A stretch of DNA of 64,000 bases from Saprospiraceae bacterium (GTDB taxonomy: Bacteria; Bacteroidota; Bacteroidia; Chitinophagales; Saprospiraceae), in assembly GCA_021298575.1 (NCBI GenBank), contig JAJTFM010000013.1, forward strand, positions 5,291-69,290, read 5' to 3'. The notes under the pieces are model-generated. The model had not been told where the DNA came from and made no database searches. It saw nothing but the letters and a program-made list of their open reading frames with translations. Of this stretch, positions 19,529 to 28,987 are shown piece by piece; position 1 is the first letter of the stretch, and every line of letters begins with the position of its first letter. Made by a program: the position numbers and the translations under genes.

Positions 19529-19630
19529 TTTATACTTTTATATCCGATCAAACATGATTAGGGCGTAAATGTTGAGTACACAGACAAGCGATTACTCCAG
19601 TATTCTGAAAATATCATCATTGCGAAGGGC

Positions 19631-19666
19631 AAAAAAAAACCCGGCTGCGACTTTTCACAACCGGGG
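19631..19666 (-). terminator. Rho-independent terminator (minus strand)
   Basis: On the minus strand: CCCGGTTG, a 10-nt loop, CAGCCGGG (8-bp stem with one G-U pair), then T9 (A-run 19631-19639 on the + strand). Confidence 0.7.
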
Positions 19667-19990
19667 TTCCAGCCTATGAAGCATAAGACATCTGAACCAG
19701 ACAGAGGTCGCACAACGTATCAACGCTGCGTGAGCGCGAATACAGACGGCGACGAGAGGAGGTGTATCCCGTGGAAGGATACACGCTCGTGCAGCAAAAG
19801 ATCTAAAACGAGCGAACCCGACAGAGCATACGGTCGTTGAATACCGATGGCAGGGCAGATTCGATTAGGCGCACAGCGCCAGCAAGGAAGCAGTGATTGA
19901 TCGGTTTTGATTGGGATGAACGATCAAAATGAAAGGTGAGATCGGTTTGGATTAAAGCCCCTTTCGGGAAACAGTATCTATGGAACAATA
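19631..19990 (-). ncRNA. Candidate structured non-coding RNA or leader, class unknown
   Basis: ~360-nt region without a convincing ORF between radA and the thioredoxin-domain gene. Several perfect hairpins: 19762-19784 (8 bp), 19784-19814 (7 bp), 19868-19880 (5 bp), and a GAAA-loop hairpin at 19958-19968. It ends in the strong terminator at 19631-19666, and AT-rich promoter-like DNA lies upstream (19990-20085). Confidence 0.35.
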
Positions 19991-20085
19991 TTCATACCAA
20001 AAACATACGCATGAGAAAAAAAAATACTTTAAAAAAAATCAAATATTAGCAAGTTATTGAAAATCAATATTTTAATATTTTAAAT

Positions 20086-21462
20086 TCAGACAAAAAGTGC
20101 TCTTTTCAGTTCTTCCACCCTGCCAATCTGATGTATTCTGATAGCATAACGGCTGGTGTCAATACCCTTCATTCCATATTTTGACACATAAATCTCTCTG
20201 AATCCGAGGCGATCCGCTTCAGTAATTCGTTGTTCGGCCCTTTGAACAGCTCTGATTTCGCCAGAGAGGCCCACCTCACCGGCAAAACATATATTGGACG
20301 GGATACTCACATCTGACAGACTGGATATCAGGGATGCCACAATAGCGAGGTCGATACCCGGGTCTTCCACCCTGATACCTCCGGCGATATTGAGGAAAAC
20401 ATCGTTAATACTGAAAAAATAACCACAGCGTTTTTCGAGAACTGCCAGCAACATAGACAGGCGCCGCATATCGAAGCCCGTGGCAGATCTCTGGGGGGTG
20501 CCGAAGACGGCCTTGGACACAAGTGCCTGTGTTTCGATAAGCATTGGACGCATACCCTCCATAGTAGCCGCCACGGCACTGCCACTGAGTTCCTCATCCT
20601 TCTGGCTCAGCAGCAACTCGGAGGGGTTGCTTACCTGACGCAGGCCTTCGCTTTGCATTTCGTAAATACCCATTTCGTCGGTGCTGCCGAAGCGATTTTT
20701 AAGTGTTCTGAGTATCCGGTAAGTATTGTGACGATCACCTTCAAACTGGAGTACACAGTCTACAATGTGCTCGAGCAGTTTGGGGCCTGCGATATCGCCG
20801 TCCTTGTTTATATGGCCTATCAGCAACACCGGGATATTGGTTTCTTTCGCAAAGCGCAGGAACTCTCCCGCGCACTCGCGCACCTGTGCGATACCGCCCG
20901 GCGCAGAATCCAGATGGGGAGTATTCATTGTCTGGATGGAATCTACAATCATCAACCGGGGTTGCAGTTCCTGTGCCTGTTGAAGTATGCGTGTGGTGTT
21001 CGTTTCAGTGAGAATATAGCAGTCGGATCTGAAGTCGGCTACCCGATCAGCGCGCATCTTCACCTGTTCCTCACTTTCTTCACCACTTACATAAAGCACT
21101 TTTGCGGGCAGCTGCATGGCAACCTGCAGCAAAAGTGTACTCTTTCCGATACCGGGCTGCCCCCCCATGAGAACCAGTGAGCCGGGCACAATACCTCCGC
21201 CGAGAACTCTGTTGAACTCCTGATCTGGTGTAGGCATGCGCGCGGTTCTACCCGTCTGCACTTCTTTCAACAGTGAGGCTCTGGGGTGGTCTTTTTTACC
21301 CTGAGGGGCCCAGGATCGTCTTTTTTCCTCGGAGGCTGTTTCTTTTTGTATCAGTTCTTCCTGATAAGTATTCCATTCGCCGCAATGCGGGCATTTACCT
21401 AGCCACTTTGGTGCCGAGGCACCGCAACTGGAACAAAAGAAGATAGTACGCGGCTTGGCCAT
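20086..21462 (-). CDS. radA: DNA repair protein RadA (Sms)
   Basis: 458 aa. N-terminal zinc finger CSSCGASAPKWLGKCPHCGEWNT, Walker A GGQPGIGKST, Lon-like C-terminal domain. Confidence 0.95.
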   Translation of the reverse strand: MAKPRTIFFCSSCGASAPKWLGKCPHCGEWNTYQEELIQKETASEEKRRSWAPQGKKDHPRASLLKEVQTGRTARMPTPDQEFNRVLGGGIVPGSLVLMGGQPGIGKSTLLLQVAMQLPAKVLYVSGEESEEQVKMRADRVADFRSDCYILTETNTTRILQQAQELQPRLMIVDSIQTMNTPHLDSAPGGIAQVRECAGEFLRFAKETNIPVLLIGHINKDGDIAGPKLLEHIVDCVLQFEGDRHNTYRILRTLKNRFGSTDEMGIYEMQSEGLRQVSNPSELLLSQKDEELSGSAVAATMEGMRPMLIETQALVSKAVFGTPQRSATGFDMRRLSMLLAVLEKRCGYFFSINDVFLNIAGGIRVEDPGIDLAIVASLISSLSDVSIPSNICFAGEVGLSGEIRAVQRAEQRITEADRLGFREIYVSKYGMKGIDTSRYAIRIHQIGRVEELKRALFV

Positions 21463-21520
21463 ACGTTTAGCGGGGGATTTTCAGACTACCCAGAGTGCAA
21501 AGATGCGCAGAATAATATTA

Positions 21521-21683
21521 AGAGCTTGTTCAGGATTCTCTCGCCGAGTCAAAAACGGCTCATTTTTCACCATTTTTCACCTTTTTTCAGTTACGTAGCA
21601 CCGGCTATGCGCCTTCAAAAATGTAAAAACTGACAAAAAATCAGCCTGTTTTTGCCAACAGCAGAGAATCCTGAACAAGCTCT
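21521..21683 (-). mobile_element. MITE-like element, copy 2 (163 bp, inverted orientation)
   Basis: Reverse complement of copies 1/3/4. Perfect 21-nt TIRs. Carries the 10-bp GGTGAAAAAT insertion variant. Confidence 0.85.
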
Positions 21684-21684
21684 G

Positions 21685-21705
21685 AGAGCTTGTTCAGGAT
21701 TCTCT
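21685..21705 (+). repeat. Solo MITE terminal repeat abutting copy 2 (forms a 43-bp perfect palindrome, 21663-21705)
   Basis: AGAGCTTGTTCAGGATTCTCT starts 1 nt after the end of copy 2. It is followed by unrelated sequence rather than the MITE core. Confidence 0.8.
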
Positions 21706-21926
21706 CGGAGGGCGAGGTGTCCGACGGGCCATTTATTGTCATAATTCGGCAAAAGGCCCGTCGGAAGGCAAGTTTCAGGGAACACAGGGTGTGGTATGAA
21801 ATCCGGATGCTATACCTTGCTGTTCCGGGCTGCGTTTGGTCAAGGGCAATAAACGCAGTAACATACCAGCCATTTAAACGGGGAAAGCCTTGTTTTAGTT
21901 CATAATTACGCAAAAAAATATTGTTA

Positions 21927-22088
21927 AGAGCTTGTTCAGGATTCTCTGCCGGTGGCAAAACAGGCTCATTTTTTGTCAGTTTTTGCGTTTTTGAAGGCGC
22001 ATAGCCAGTGCTAAGTAACTGAAAAAGGGTGAAAAATGGCGAAAAACGAGCCGTTTTTGACTCGGTGAGAGAATCCTGAACAAGCTCT
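21927..22088 (+). mobile_element. MITE-like element, copy 3 (162 bp)
   Basis: Perfect TIRs with the core collinear with copies 1 and 4. Its last two bases plus A form the complement of the pabB stop codon (CTA, 22087-22089). Confidence 0.85.
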
Positions 22089-23427
22089 AAGAAGAAGCTA
22101 TAGCTCTGAACAAGGCATCGGCCTTCACCAGGCACTCTTCATATTCAGATTCAGGCACCGAGTCATAAACAATAGCTCCGCCGACCTGTGCGGAGAGGTA
22201 TCTGGTATCGGCGTTGTAGAGCAGACTTCTGATAACCACATTAAAATCAAAATTACCGGCTGGGTCGAAGTACCCTACAGCGCCGGAATACAGCCCTCTG
22301 CGGCTCATTTCATACCTCTCAATCAGGTTCATGGCCATTACCTTGGGAGCACCTGTCATGCTCCCGGGAGGGAATGCCCTTGTCAATGCGTCAACGGGAT
22401 GCGTTTGTGGCAATATTATCCCTGAAACAGTTGAAATCATCTGATGGACCGTTCGGAAAGTATAGACGCCGAACAGCTCTTCTACCCTGACAGATCCTGG
22501 CTGGCACGAGCGGGCGAGATCATTTCTCACCAGATCTACGATCATTACATTTTCTGCCCTGTCTTTAACACTGTTTGCGAGTTCATTTATCAGGCTTTCG
22601 TTGTGTGATCCTGTATGTCGGCGGGTGCCTTTTATTGGCTGAGAGAGCAACTTGTTGCCCTGAAGCCTGAGGAATCGCTCGGGACTGGCACACAACAGGT
22701 AATTGTTGTTGTAACGAAAAAATGCTGCCATGGGTGGCTGAGCAATCTCGTTAAGTTTATCGTAAACCCGAAGCGGATCAATGATTACATTTTCGGCGTA
22801 GAACTCCTGACAGAGATTCATTTCATACAAATCGCCCTCTTGTATGTGTCCGATAATTGATCTGACCGTATCCAGATAGACAGATTTGGGCATCCGGGGT
22901 ATCAGGACCGGCGGAAGAGTTTCAACTGGCGGGAATACCGTTTGTGTGGACAAAATAGCGTCACACACTGATTCCGGATTGCTTGTCAGGCAGTGAACAA
23001 TAATCTGGCCTGACTGCAGAAGTACCACTGTTTCAGGCCGGAAGAAGCTCATTACTGGGAAGTTCACTCCGTCGGGAAGCGAAGAGGACAGGTTTTCCGT
23101 TTCTGCCTTCAGATCATAACTCAGTCCGCCAAACAGCCAGTCAGGGTATTGACTACGGTATTTTTTCAGCGTATCGAATGCACGTCCGGGTAAAGCCTGA
23201 ACTAAATCTTCCGAACCTATACCCGCCACCAATTCAAAAGACTCACCGGCGAATACATCTTTATGGGAGTTATTGTCGAGACAAATACTATACTCGTGCC
23301 CTGCTGCGTAGAAGAGAATCTGGTGTTTGACCAGATTCGGATCGGCCACATGGCGGCGGGCAGTTGATCTTTGTTGATTCATGGGGGCAAAAATAACATG
23401 AGCCACCCCAATTAAGAGGTGACTCAT
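22087..23427 (-). CDS. pabB: Aminodeoxychorismate synthase component I / chorismate-binding enzyme
   Basis: Chorismate-binding motifs: GTRRHTG, SPERFL, PPGSMTGAPK, RGLYSGAVGYF. Alternative start M16 (MNQQRST) at 23382. Confidence 0.8.
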   Translation of the reverse strand: MSHLLIGVAHVIFAPMNQQRSTARRHVADPNLVKHQILFYAAGHEYSICLDNNSHKDVFAGESFELVAGIGSEDLVQALPGRAFDTLKKYRSQYPDWLFGGLSYDLKAETENLSSSLPDGVNFPVMSFFRPETVVLLQSGQIIVHCLTSNPESVCDAILSTQTVFPPVETLPPVLIPRMPKSVYLDTVRSIIGHIQEGDLYEMNLCQEFYAENVIIDPLRVYDKLNEIAQPPMAAFFRYNNNYLLCASPERFLRLQGNKLLSQPIKGTRRHTGSHNESLINELANSVKDRAENVMIVDLVRNDLARSCQPGSVRVEELFGVYTFRTVHQMISTVSGIILPQTHPVDALTRAFPPGSMTGAPKVMAMNLIERYEMSRRGLYSGAVGYFDPAGNFDFNVVIRSLLYNADTRYLSAQVGGAIVYDSVPESEYEECLVKADALFRAIASS

Positions 23428-23458
23428 ACTTCATGGTGATGTTTACTGTTATTTTTGA

Positions 23459-24043
23459 CTACTGAAGCACAGCTTCACGCTCATTCATCATTTTGCGGAT
23501 ATTGATGAGTGCATAGCGCATACGGCCGAGCGCAGTATTGATGCTTACCCTGGTGAGCAATGCAATTTCCTTGAAACTCATATCGGCGTAATGGCGAAGA
23601 ATGACCACCTCGCGTTGTTCGGGCGGAAGTGAGTCAACCATCCTGCGGATATGGTTGTGTGTTTCGGAGCGTATGATGTGTGTATCAGCGCCATCGTTAT
23701 CCGTACGAAGCACATCAAAGATGTCGAAATCTTCGGATGGATTGATGTGTGCACGGCGTTTGTTACGTCGGTGGTAGTCAACGCACATGTTGTATGCGAT
23801 ACGCATAGCCCACTGTACGAACTTTCCTTCGTGGTTGTATTTACCCCGACGGAGCGTGTCAATGATTTTGATGAAGACCTCCTGAAAGATATCTTCAGCG
23901 AGAGCTCGATCTTTGACGAAAAGATAGATGGAGGTGTAAATTTTGGCTTTGTAACGAGAAAGGAGAATCTCGAAAGCCTGTTCATCACCGTCCATGTAAC
24001 GGGCGATCAGTTCCTGATCGTGGAGCATCGACACAACTTGCAT
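23459..24043 (-). CDS. RNA polymerase sigma-70 family (ECF-type) sigma factor
   Basis: Region 2 (FEILLSRYKAKIYTSIY...EDIFQEVFIKI, VDYHRR) and region 4 (REVVILRHYADMSFKEIA). The listed 247-aa ORF is trimmed to M54 (24043); M59 (24028) is also possible. Confidence 0.85.
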   Translation of the reverse strand: MQVVSMLHDQELIARYMDGDEQAFEILLSRYKAKIYTSIYLFVKDRALAEDIFQEVFIKIIDTLRRGKYNHEGKFVQWAMRIAYNMCVDYHRRNKRRAHINPSEDFDIFDVLRTDNDGADTHIIRSETHNHIRRMVDSLPPEQREVVILRHYADMSFKEIALLTRVSINTALGRMRYALINIRKMMNEREAVLQ

Positions 24044-24421
24044 AAGCAAAAAATTTTGCTGTGAACCAGTTAAACAAAATCTAAGTGGTGTACAAGTTTG
24101 ACTCGATACGCAGTGATGAATTTTGTGAGAAAAGAGTTTGCTTTCGCAATTGAATCGGTCAAATGTAGGGCGATATTTCAAATCCACAAAAACATTTACC
24201 ATTTTTTAACATTTTTTTTCTGACTATAGATGCAACCGGATAAAATATCGGACGAATATTTTTTAATTTGATTATTTTTGCCGCTGAATCAAAACATAAT
24301 TGCGCGCAACAATTCATCTTTTTCGCCTCTAATTTATGTCGTATCTTCCGGCCCCGGTTCAATCTGAGGGTTTTGCGCTACCGGTGTTATTGCCGGCAGG
24401 AAAGATTCGGGCAGACATACT

Positions 24422-25717
24422 ATGGAAATTTTAATTGTTTTAGTACTCATCGTCCTGCACGGATTCCTGGTGCTGGGAGAAATTGCCCTTCTGACAGCCA
24501 AGCGTTCGCGGCTGGAGGGAGAGCGTCTGAAAGGCAACCGGAATGCAGCTATTGCCATCGCGTTACTCGATAATATTGACCAGTACCTTTCTGCGATGCA
24601 GATAGGGATTACCCTGATTTCGATTGTGGAAGGTGCTTACGCAGGTGTGGCTATTTCCCACAAACTGGAGCCACTACTGGCAATGATTCCCTCCATTGCG
24701 CCTTATGCCGACCAGATATCACTGGCCGTTGTGGTAACACTGATCACCTATCTTTCGCTGATTGTTGGCGAACTTGCACCAAAATACATTGGTATTCAGT
24801 ATGCAGAATCGCTGGCACTGACTTTCGCGCCGGCGATGGATCTTACAACCCGCATAACGGGCCCGATATCAAGATTCCTCAGCTGGTCAACCAAGATGTT
24901 CATGCGAATTCTGTTTATCAAACCCAACGATCAGCAGAGTATTTCGGAGGATGAAATCAAACTGATGGTCAAGATGGCCAGGCAGCAGGGTGTGTTGGAA
25001 GCCAAGGAAAGCGAGTTTATACAAAATATACTCCGTTTTGCCGACAGGGATGCCTACACTATCATGACACACCGGAACTCTGTTGAATGGCTCGATATTA
25101 ACGCCACTTCCGAGGAAAATGAGCGGATAATACAGGAGAGTGGCTACACCAAGTTTCTGGTTTGCGACGACACCATCGAGAACATTCTGGGTGTGGTGAA
25201 ATTGCGTGATTACGTTGACAACAGACAGAAATCGGGATTCAGCCTCCGCAATATCCTTACTCAGCCGCTTTTTGTGCCTGAAACGATGAATGCACTGAAA
25301 ATTCTGGAGCGTTTCAGAAAGGCACGGAACTATTTTGCGGTGGTTGTGGACGAGTACGGTTCCACGCAGGGCATTATAACTCTGCACGATCTGACGGAAA
25401 ACATATTCGGCACATTGCCCGATATGGATGACGTTACCGATCCGGATATTGTAACTCGCGAAGACGGGAGTCTGCTGGTTGACGGAACTATTCCGATTGA
25501 TGAATTGCGGGAAACTGTAAATCTGAAGGCATTCGACTTTGAGGACGCCGACTATTCCACTCTTGCGGGATTTATATTGTATCAACTGAGCGAAATACCA
25601 ACCGTAGGTGATCATTTTGAGGCGGAGGGCTACCGCTTCGAAATAATGGATATGGACAAGAGCAAGATAGACAAGGTATTAATTACGCGCCTTCCAGAGA
25701 AGGAGGAGGCTGATTAG
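24422..25717 (+). CDS. Hemolysin-family / CNNM (DUF21)-CBS-CorC_HlyC membrane protein
   Basis: 431 aa. N-terminal DUF21 TM domain (GEIALLTAKRSRLE), CBS pair, C-terminal CorC/HlyC domain (GDHFEAEGYRFEIMDMD). Confidence 0.85.
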   Translation: MEILIVLVLIVLHGFLVLGEIALLTAKRSRLEGERLKGNRNAAIAIALLDNIDQYLSAMQIGITLISIVEGAYAGVAISHKLEPLLAMIPSIAPYADQISLAVVVTLITYLSLIVGELAPKYIGIQYAESLALTFAPAMDLTTRITGPISRFLSWSTKMFMRILFIKPNDQQSISEDEIKLMVKMARQQGVLEAKESEFIQNILRFADRDAYTIMTHRNSVEWLDINATSEENERIIQESGYTKFLVCDDTIENILGVVKLRDYVDNRQKSGFSLRNILTQPLFVPETMNALKILERFRKARNYFAVVVDEYGSTQGIITLHDLTENIFGTLPDMDDVTDPDIVTREDGSLLVDGTIPIDELRETVNLKAFDFEDADYSTLAGFILYQLSEIPTVGDHFEAEGYRFEIMDMDKSKIDKVLITRLPEKEEAD

Positions 25718-25798
25718 GCCTGATATTAACCGATTAGATACATAAACAGGAGTGCGGGCAGAAAAACAGCAGCAGTAATTCGAAGAAGACACCGGATC

Positions 25799-25863
25799 GA
25801 GTTGTTCGTTGCGGTTGTTGGTTGCTCTTTAAACTCGATTAAAAGACCAACAACGAACAACTC
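25799..25863. terminator. Long imperfect hairpin between convergent genes (probable bidirectional terminator)
   Basis: GAGTTGTTCGTTG(CGG)TTGTTGGT, a 23-nt loop, then ACCAACAACGAACAACTC. About 21 paired positions with a 3-nt bulge. Confidence 0.5.
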
Positions 25864-25885
25864 AGGGCAATTGTTCAGCGGGGTG

Positions 25886-26224
25886 TCAGGCGGCCAGTTC
25901 CTCCACGATATTGGAGATATGACCAAGCCTGCTTTTGTCGAGAGAATAGTAAATGAACTTTCCGTTACGTTCCGTCTGAACTACACCGGCACGTCGCAGT
26001 ATGGCCAAATGCTGGCTGGCAACACTCTGTTCCAGGCGTAATTTCACGTAAATGTCGGTCACTGTCATTTTTTTGTTCTCCTCAAGCAAATCTATCATGC
26101 GCTGCCTCAACTTGTGGTTGATTGCGCGCAAAACAGACGCCGCCTTTTTGAGCTCCATGTAGTCCAAAAGGGCATCGGCCTTCCCGTTGCGCAGGAAGAC
26201 GGGTTCAGATTTTGTCTTCTTCAT
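25886..26224 (-). CDS. ArsR/SmtB-family winged-helix transcriptional regulator
   Basis: 112 aa. LRAINHKLRQRMIDLL...VASQHLAILRRAGVV HTH pattern. Confidence 0.8.
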   Translation of the reverse strand: MKKTKSEPVFLRNGKADALLDYMELKKAASVLRAINHKLRQRMIDLLEENKKMTVTDIYVKLRLEQSVASQHLAILRRAGVVQTERNGKFIYYSLDKSRLGHISNIVEELAA

Positions 26225-26470
26225 AATGATTGTTTTGATTATTGAACACTGGCTGTTTTCTAAAACATAATACCACCAAAATTATGCCAGTTTAATTAAG
26301 AAAAAAGTGAATAACATTTATTTTTAAAATATAAAACCATTATTATCAACGTTTAACATGCAAAAAGTATCCTCAAATTAAAAAAATACGTAACTACTTG
26401 GCCTGCTGGCGCAAGCATGAAGATCAGTATGGAAAGTACGGGAAGCGGGCTGGTTGCTGAAACAGCGTTT

Positions 26471-27181
26471 TCAGAGCGGAACCTGTTTGCTGGTGGTGAT
26501 ATTGGGTGGTTTCATATAGAAGGGCTCAAAGTAGGCCACATCCTGAAATTCACCTGCCAGATAACTTTGCAGGGCAATCTCTCCGGCGTATGCGGCCGAG
26601 CATCCAATTGTATCGGGGAACTCAGGATTTCCGTCGAAATACTGGCTGCGTATCTTCCTGCTGCCATTACCAATGACCACGAGCTGACGTTCAAGGGCGT
26701 CGGGGACTGTTTTCATGCAATATTCCCACACGGGGCCATCATCCAGAACAAAAGGCTGAGCAGGCAGCAATGGTTCGAGATGTTCATTGTACAGGGCCAT
26801 CCATACCTCCTGTCTGCGCGCATCAAGCGCAGGCAGGAGCAGGAGTTTTTGGCTACCCGACATTTCTTTGCCAGCTGCAGCCAGCGCCAGGAGCGTATCG
26901 AATGCAATAAGTGGTTTATCCAGAGCATAGCACAGCCCCTTGGCCACAGAAGCTCCCACCCTGAGTGATGTATATGCTCCGGGGCCACCACTCACAGCCA
27001 CAGCATCGAGGTCAGTAAACTTCAGGGATGCTGCCTTCATACACTCGCTCACCAACAGTGTGAGTTCGGCAGCATGATTACTGCAGTTTTGATTTTCCCT
27101 GAGCGCTGTAATGCGATTTTCTGAAAAAACTGCCACGGAGCAAACCTCTGTGGCAGTTTCGATAATCAGTATGTCCGGCAT
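26471..27181 (-). CDS. tsaB: tRNA t6A biosynthesis protein TsaB (YeaZ)
   Basis: Start trimmed to MPDILIIETATEVCSVAV (ATG 27181-27179). GPGAYTSLRVGASVAKGL motif. Confidence 0.85.
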   Translation of the reverse strand: MPDILIIETATEVCSVAVFSENRITALRENQNCSNHAAELTLLVSECMKAASLKFTDLDAVAVSGGPGAYTSLRVGASVAKGLCYALDKPLIAFDTLLALAAAGKEMSGSQKLLLLPALDARRQEVWMALYNEHLEPLLPAQPFVLDDGPVWEYCMKTVPDALERQLVVIGNGSRKIRSQYFDGNPEFPDTIGCSAAYAGEIALQSYLAGEFQDVAYFEPFYMKPPNITTSKQVPL

Positions 27182-27192
27182 ATTGAGAAACA

Positions 27193-28230
27193 CTACTTTT
27201 TCCCGGTGGAGTCGGGGGCCGTGAAGTACATGACTTTGGTAAGCCACTTTGAGGTATCCTGTTCAGTTGCCGGGTCGGTTATGTAACTTTCAATAACGAG
27301 GGGACTCTGCCCGATACTATAGGCAGCACAATACTTTTCAATAGCAGTGTGTGCCTGATGAATACTGTCGTAAGCGCCATAGAAGGAAACAACCAGAGCC
27401 TTTCCTCCCGGAGCCCTGAAAAACGAGAAATCTTTGGGCGCTTTTACAGTTTCCTCTTTTACAGGAACACCAACAGCTATTTCAGAAACTCCGGCAGACT
27501 GGTCGAACGACCAGTAAATACCGGCAGGAGGACCTGTGAGTACAAGTTTCCCTTCATTCGCTGCCTCCATCACCTTTACCAGGTTGAGGTCAAAAAAATG
27601 ATGGATACTGTCGAGCTTTACCGTTCCTTTTGCGCAGAAGTAATTGGTTTCGGACATTTCCTCTTCAATTATCTCGTATCCATTATACTTTTTGTGGGCA
27701 ATACTCTCGCAGCGGCGTTTCAGGAAAGCCAGTCCGCGTTCGTAATCGGTACCCATCGCTTTGTCAATATCGGTGAACATCGCCCAGACATTGACAGGGA
27801 ATGGCAGATGGGGATCAAAGCCCCACGACACCTTTGTTTTTAAGGTATCGCCTGTCACGTTAAAAAAGGCCGGAATAGTGGACTCAAACGGTTCAATGAA
27901 CTGCAGCTCCAGATCAATCCGGTCGGCAGAAAGCGCTTTCAGAATTTCCTTGCCTTTGCCTACATTTTCATTGCCGGACCACGAGTAAGAGGATCCGACT
28001 TCTCCATCGGCACCTTCGTAGGTTACAGCTACGTTTGGGTCGAGTTTAAGCCAGGGCGACCATTCGTTGAAATTTTTAAAAAACCTGATTTGTTCATAGA
28101 CCAGTTCCCTGGGAGCATCAATTTCTATGCTTCTTTCAATATGATAGGTATTTTTGGCAAAAATGCCGAATACGCCAATCAGAGCAGCCAGGCCAAGAAC
28201 GAAATAGAGCAGATATTTAATGAATTTCAT
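27193..28230 (-). CDS. SRPBCC-family domain fused to a GyrI-like small-molecule-binding domain, N-terminal membrane anchor
   Basis: Start trimmed to M21 (MKFIKYLLYFVLGLAALIG). The SRPBCC-like pattern ERSIEIDAPRELVYEQI is a fold-level call only. Confidence 0.6.
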   Translation of the reverse strand: MKFIKYLLYFVLGLAALIGVFGIFAKNTYHIERSIEIDAPRELVYEQIRFFKNFNEWSPWLKLDPNVAVTYEGADGEVGSSYSWSGNENVGKGKEILKALSADRIDLELQFIEPFESTIPAFFNVTGDTLKTKVSWGFDPHLPFPVNVWAMFTDIDKAMGTDYERGLAFLKRRCESIAHKKYNGYEIIEEEMSETNYFCAKGTVKLDSIHHFFDLNLVKVMEAANEGKLVLTGPPAGIYWSFDQSAGVSEIAVGVPVKEETVKAPKDFSFFRAPGGKALVVSFYGAYDSIHQAHTAIEKYCAAYSIGQSPLVIESYITDPATEQDTSKWLTKVMYFTAPDSTGKK

Positions 28231-28381
28231 GACAGTGAATTTTGTTTCAATTGTAGTATTCATCCGTGCCCAGTTTGAGAGGCATTTCAAAATAACAGCG
28301 CAAAAGTCTGAAAAACGAGGTATCCAGTTATTCCGATAGCGTTTTTTTATACGAAATCAGACAATTACAGGATGAAACAGA

Positions 28382-28984
28382 TCAGAAAAGCTCCAGTCGA
28401 ACTTCATCGGGTAGCAATCTGAAACTTTTTCTGTGCCAGGGGCTCGGACCAAAAGATCGGATAGCCTCCCTGTGTGCTTCTGTGGGATAACCTTTATTTT
28501 CAATCCAGCCGTACTGCGGATACTGCTGATGCAAGGTGCGCATTGCCTCATCGCGCCATGTTTTTGCCAGTATGGAGGCCGCAGCGATAGAGGCATATTT
28601 TCCGTCGCCTTTAACAATACACTCGTACGGCAGGCCATTATAAGGTCGAAATCGGTTTCCGTCAACAATAACAAAGGCAGGGGCCAGTCTGGAAAGTCCG
28701 TCAAGCGCCCTGTGCATAGCCATAAAAGCGGAATTCAGAATATTAATCTGGTCAATTTCAGCAGCACTGACTTCGGCTACAGCCCAGTCGGCAGCCTCCC
28801 TTTCTATCACTTCACGCAGCAGGTTACGACGGGCTTCTGTAAGTTTTTTGGAATCATTCAGCAGTGGGTGATGGAAATCTGCCGGCAGGATAACTGCTGC
28901 GGCAAAGACGGGGCCAGCCAGACAGCCCCGGCCGGCCTCATCGCAGCCAGCTTCAATATGTACTGTCTGGAAGTGAGCGATCAT
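28382..28984 (-). CDS. rnhB: Ribonuclease HII
   Basis: 200 aa. [14 protein letters not shown] and DSKKL motifs. Confidence 0.92.
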   Translation of the reverse strand: MIAHFQTVHIEAGCDEAGRGCLAGPVFAAAVILPADFHHPLLNDSKKLTEARRNLLREVIEREAADWAVAEVSAAEIDQINILNSAFMAMHRALDGLSRLAPAFVIVDGNRFRPYNGLPYECIVKGDGKYASIAAASILAKTWRDEAMRTLHQQYPQYGWIENKGYPTEAHREAIRSFGPSPWHRKSFRLLPDEVRLELF

Positions 28985-28987
28985 AAA

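Noticed and set aside
19631-19990. Possibility that the structured intergenic locus is tmRNA, RNase P RNA, SRP RNA or a cobalamin riboswitch
   Set aside because: On either strand I could not find the diagnostic boxes: GGAAAGTCCGGGC for RNase P; a GGGG 5' end with a tRNA-like GGTTCGA..CCA 3' end and tag ORF for tmRNA; the SRP domain IV motif in full; or the B12 box GCCACTG. It is kept only as an unclassified candidate.
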